Assembly: GCF_006345805.1 (NCBI RefSeq)
Contig: NC_043011.1
Coordinates: forward strand, 35,042,464-35,106,463
Source: Octopus sinensis
Lineage: Eukaryota
Reading direction: 5' to 3'
DNA length: 64,000 bases
This document shows, in pieces, positions 59,650-64,000 of this stretch (the first letter of the stretch is position 1; each line of letters begins with the position of its first letter). The position numbers and the translations under genes are program-made. Below the pieces are notes generated by a model. That model worked only from the letters and a program-made list of their open reading frames with translations. It was not told the DNA's origin and did no database searches.

Positions 59650-60700
59650 TGGCCGTGCAAAAGTTTTCGGCCACTTCACATAAACCAATCAAGATACAGT
59701 GTTATAAAACAGAAAAATGACTAGAATGAAAATTTATTACATAATGTTCATTTCAAGAAGTTACTGTACATTGTAGATATTCCGTGTGGCTTCCCTTGGC
59801 TTCAATAATTGCTTCAATGCACCTGGGAAGAGATGCGTACAAATCCTTCACCATCTTCACAAGTATGAGATGCCATTCTCTGTGGCTGAGCTCCCACAAC
59901 TCTTTTACTCTTTTACTTGTTTTAGTCATTTGACTGCGGCCATGCTGGAGCACCGCCTTTAGTCGAAAAAATCGACCCCAGGACTTATTCTTTGTAAGCC
60001 TAGTACTTATTCTATCGACCTCTTTTTGCCGAACCGCTAAGCTACGGGGACGTAAACACACCAGCATCGGTTGTCAAGCGATGTTGGGGGGACAAACACA
60101 GACACACAAACATATACACACCCATGCATGCACATATATATATATATATATATGACGGGATTCTTTCAGTTTCTGTCAACCAAATCCACTCAATAGCAGA
60201 AGACACTTGCCCAAGGTGCCGCGCAGTAGGACTGAACCCAGAACCATGTGGTTGGTAAGCAAGCTACTTACCACACAGCCACTCCTGCGCCTAACTCTTC
60301 AAGATTGTGTGGATTTTTCTGACGAACTCTTCTCTTTAGTTCTGCCCACAATTGCTCGATGATATTTAAGTAAGGGCTCCGGGCTGGCCACGGTAACACC
60401 TTTATCAGCCAGACTGTTGTGTTGCGCGTGATCTGCGGCATGGAACTCCGTCATGCCGAAAAATCCCATCTTCATTCATGCCTGGTATCAAATTGTCCTT
60501 CAACAACTGGATGTATTTGGCACTGTTCAAGTAAGTAACCATGAATTTAAACCAACTTTCTTGAACCATCACTTTTTATGTATCCTCAAAGCTTTAGACT
60601 CTTACCCACAAACTTCACTGTTTTCGTCATGTACGTAATGTGGGTTGTTTCGCTTTCTAAGAAGCAAGAATTTGTTAGAAGACCTCCAGGACCCAAGATT
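59650..60700 (-). mobile_element. Tc1-family transposase remnant interrupted by SINE family A (about 59893-60292)
   Basis: Minus-strand WPARSPYLNIIEQLW and LPRCIEAIIEAKGSHTEY; aactctt duplicated around the SINE. Confidence 0.8.
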
Positions 60701-61062
60701 TCTTGGATGAGAATGGCATTGAAAAGCTTCCATGGCGAAGCCAGTCTCCAAATATGAACTCTATTGAACAACTCTGGGGCATAACGGACAGAACACTTCA
60801 TAAAAATAACAAGAAGGCATCTTCAAAGCCATATCTTTTGAGATTATTGTATGAAACTTGGCAAGAAATTCCTCAAGAGAACATTTGTCATCTGATCATT
60901 AGAATGCCTAATAGGGTCCTTGTATTGAAAAAGCAAGGGGCATGTCTATTAAATATTAAGTATTCACATTTATAATAATTAATAAATAATTTGAATGTAT
61001 AATTTCAGATTTAAATAAATTTTAACGATTATAAGGGCGTCTATTTACTTCTATCTTGTCTG
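60698..61062 (+). mobile_element. 3' fragment of the same Tc1 family as 57944-59163
   Basis: WRSQSPNMNSIEQLW and a matching right TIR gcgtctatttacttctatcttgtctg. Confidence 0.85.
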
Positions 61063-61251
61063 TGTATGTATGTGTGTATGTATGTATGTATGTATGTATG
61101 TATGTATGTATGTATGTATGTATGTATGTATGTATGTATGTGCGTATGTACGTAGATTGATAGATAGTTTGATTAGTCGCCATGATAGATCGTTAGCCAT
61201 TACACACATTTTTTTCTCTCCTTGTTTCTCTCCTTGTTTTTTTCTGTGTCC

Positions 61252-61287
61252 CTTTCTGTAGAAAAGCGTAGGCTCGAAACGTAAAAG
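61252..61287 (+). ncRNA. Minimal hammerhead variant (Penelope-type) in a 3' repeat fragment (about 61200-61380)
   Basis: CTTT-CTGTAGA-A-AAGC-GTAG-GCTC-GAAA-CGT-A-AAAG: stem I CTTT/AAAG, loopless palindromic stem III ACGT, U at core position 6. Confidence 0.6.
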
Positions 61288-61439
61288 ACTTTTTCTATTC
61301 CTGAGCGTTATACTAATACATCTGTTTGTTTTGTACACCACCTGTCTTCGTCTTTTATTTTTTTCGTAAACTCTCCCTAGGTAGATAGATAGATGGGCTG
61401 AACATAGAAGGGACAAAATACGAAGTAGAGCTTTTCTTT

Positions 61440-61810
61440 TTGGGAAGAAGAGGGGAAAGAAAGGGCCGAATTCCAATCAAAAGGGATTGTGAAAAAAAAA
61501 AAAGTGGGGCCGATCAATAGGGATCGTGTATCACGGAAATGTCAATGTAAAAAGGGAAAGCAAATTTTTTCTATTGGTTCATTGAATTATGCTCAAGCTG
61601 GCTCCGTCATTCACATGTGCCATCCTTGCTACATTCACCCATCTTTTTTGAAGCATTCACTAGACAAAACTTTCATCTCTACTCTCACCTTCCTCTTCAA
61701 GTGATACTTGAAGAAGTTGATGAGAGATTGACCAGAGAGGAAAGTGTTTGTCTCTAGACCATTCAGACGCGTCCACCATACACATTCTTTCGCCATAGCC
61801 ACAAGGATAG
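61440..61810 (-). mobile_element. L1/Tx1-like LINE ORF2 C-terminal fragment
   Basis: LVAMAKECVWWTR...FFKYHLKRKVRVE...FKKRWVNVARM resembles the C-terminal helical end of L1/Tx1 ORF2. Confidence 0.5.
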
Positions 61811-61859
61811 ATAGATAGATAGATAGATAGATAAATAGATAGGTAGATAGATAGATAGG

Positions 61860-61900
<41 letters not shown>

Positions 61901-62116
61901 GGAACAATTATAATCTTGGATATTGCCTCATTAGCACATCATGTAGGATACTGGCTTGCGTAATGTTCCAAAATCAAAAGGAAATTCATAAAGATTTCGA
62001 TTGATGTAAAGGCCCACAGGCCTAATATTAGTCTTGCAGAGTGAGTTATAAAAGTCATAATTTAAACGAGGAATTTAAATGAGAAATGATTCATTCATTT
62101 AAATTTTATACATACA

Positions 62117-62147
<31 letters not shown>

Positions 62148-62696
62148 ATGTGTGTGTACATGTGTGTGTGTATCCATGTGTGTTGTGTGTATATATACAT
62201 GTGTGTTGTGTGTGTGTGTATGTGTGTGTGTGTGTGTATGTGCGTGTAGCTTGTCCCCCACCAGTGTTTGTTCCCCACCGGTGTTTATCTCCCACCATCG
62301 CCTGGCAGCCGGTGTCGGTGTGTTTACATCCCCATAACCTTAGCGGTTCGGGGAAAGTGACGATAGAATAAGTACCGACTTTAAACCATTTTAATCACTG
62401 GGGGCGATTCATTCGCCATGGTAATGCCCCAGTATGGCCGCAGTTTAACGACTGAAACAGATAAAATATCTTAATTATTTCCATTAGGTTTTAATCTTTC
62501 TCAATTATTTTTCTGTTTTAAAATATTTTAAATGTTTTTAAAGTACTTTAATTATTTAATTATCATTAAAATCTTTGTCTAAATATTTTCTGATTATGGC
62601 TTAATTTTATATCTTTAAACGGAATCTTTCAATTTCTTGCTTTTTAAATCTTTAATCTTAATATTTCATTTTGTTTTATAATATACACTACTTAGA

Positions 62697-62975
62697 AGGC
62701 GGCGAGCTGGCAGAATCGTTAGCACGCCGGGCGAAATGCTTAGCAGTATTTCGTCTGCGGCTACGTTCTGAGTTCAAATTCCACCGAGGTCGACTTTGCC
62801 TTTCATCCTTTCGGGGTCGATTAAATAAGTACCAGTTACGTACTGTGGTCGATATAATCGACTTAATCCGTTTGTCTGTCCTTGTTTGTCCTCTTTGTGT
62901 TTAGCCCCTTGTGGGTAGTAAAGAAATGGGTATTTCGTCTGTCTCTACGTTCTGAGTTCAAATTCCGCCGAGGAT
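62697..62975 (+). mobile_element. SINE family B with a partial second unit
   Basis: Full unit, then ...gtagtaaagaaatgggtatttcgtctg restart. Confidence 0.85.
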
Positions 62976-63062
62976 ATATAATTCACTTATACACACTGAC
63001 AACTGAGCTTTTTAAGTCGTTTTGACTCCTATTTCCAGCAAAAATGGAGCTATATACATATG

Positions 63063-63141
<79 letters not shown>

Positions 63142-63171
63142 CATATACACATATATATGTATATACATATG

Positions 63172-63215
<44 letters not shown>

Positions 63216-63469
63216 TATATTATATATATATGTATATGTATATACACACATACATACACACACACACACACACATCTATATGCATATATCGATAAAGCTG
63301 TATGAGTGCTTCTGTTGACGTCTATGTATGAGCATAGCTGTTTGCGTGCATGTGTGTATACGAGTGTGTGCGAACGTGCGTGTATGTGTGTGTGTGTGAA
63401 GGACTTTCGTCAGCTACTGACAAAAACCTACATTAAAAGCTTCTGTGTTTGTCAGAAAAAACATACAGT

Positions 63470-63548
63470 CTGGCGGCTGGGTATGCTGGGTGGCTGGGTA
63501 TGCTGGGTGGCTGGGTATGCTGGGTGGCTGGGTATGCTGGGTGGCTGG
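63470..63548 (+). repeat. 17-bp G-rich minisatellite (gctgggtggctgggtat)n
   Basis: About 4.5 copies read directly. Confidence 0.9.
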
Positions 63549-63648
63549 TAGATTATGTAACTGGGCAACTACTACACTTCATTATGATCATCTCTCTGTT
63601 CTGGCTCATATATATATATATATATATCCATACACATTATATACATAC

Positions 63649-63689
<41 letters not shown>

Positions 63690-63829
63690 TACATACATGT
63701 CTACATATATATATATGTATATATATACATACATGTGAATGTGTTTGTGTGTGCGTGCGTACAAATGCATATATGGGAATGGCTAGATGCATTTTTATTT
63801 TTCTATTCAAACGTATATCCCAACATATC

Positions 63830-64000
<171 letters not shown>

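Noticed and set aside
62460-62690. Extremely AT-rich stretch considered as a mitochondrial insertion
   Set aside because: No recognisable mitochondrial gene, tRNA or rRNA motif in any frame.

Overview
AT-rich, microsatellite-dense animal genomic DNA. The SINE families look like those of octopus; this is recognition from memory, not a database result. 1-11663 holds the last eight coding exons of an SR-related CTD-associated factor gene (SCAF8/SCAF4 family, + strand), followed by a long A/T-rich putative 3' UTR. A CpG-rich promoter-like segment with a probable first coding exon (MASQMKDR|GT) lies at about 25.5-25.9 kb, and no further host exons were recognised. The rest is transposon debris: tRNA-derived SINEs, a near-full-length CR1-like LINE whose ORF1 looks like Myb/SANT plus CCCH fingers, L1/Tx1 fragments, a RepHel Helitron, non-autonomous Helitrons, Tc1/mariner copies, piggyBac-type MITEs, foldbacks and a Penelope-like GIY-YIG remnant. 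Main result: the two apparent satellites (about 489-bp units at 37.8-41.0 kb, about 530-bp units at 48.6-51.9 kb) carry a complete type I hammerhead ribozyme in every unit. Both lie between (TA)n tracts and contain an internal inversion. Both end at a shared 3'-terminal stem-bulge-stem motif that also terminates a third, monomeric hammerhead element at 52.0-52.3 kb. With further hammerheads in Penelope-like and tRNA-headed elements, this suggests a family of large retrozyme-like (circular RNA-derived) retroelements. Coordinates of degenerate repeats are approximate.
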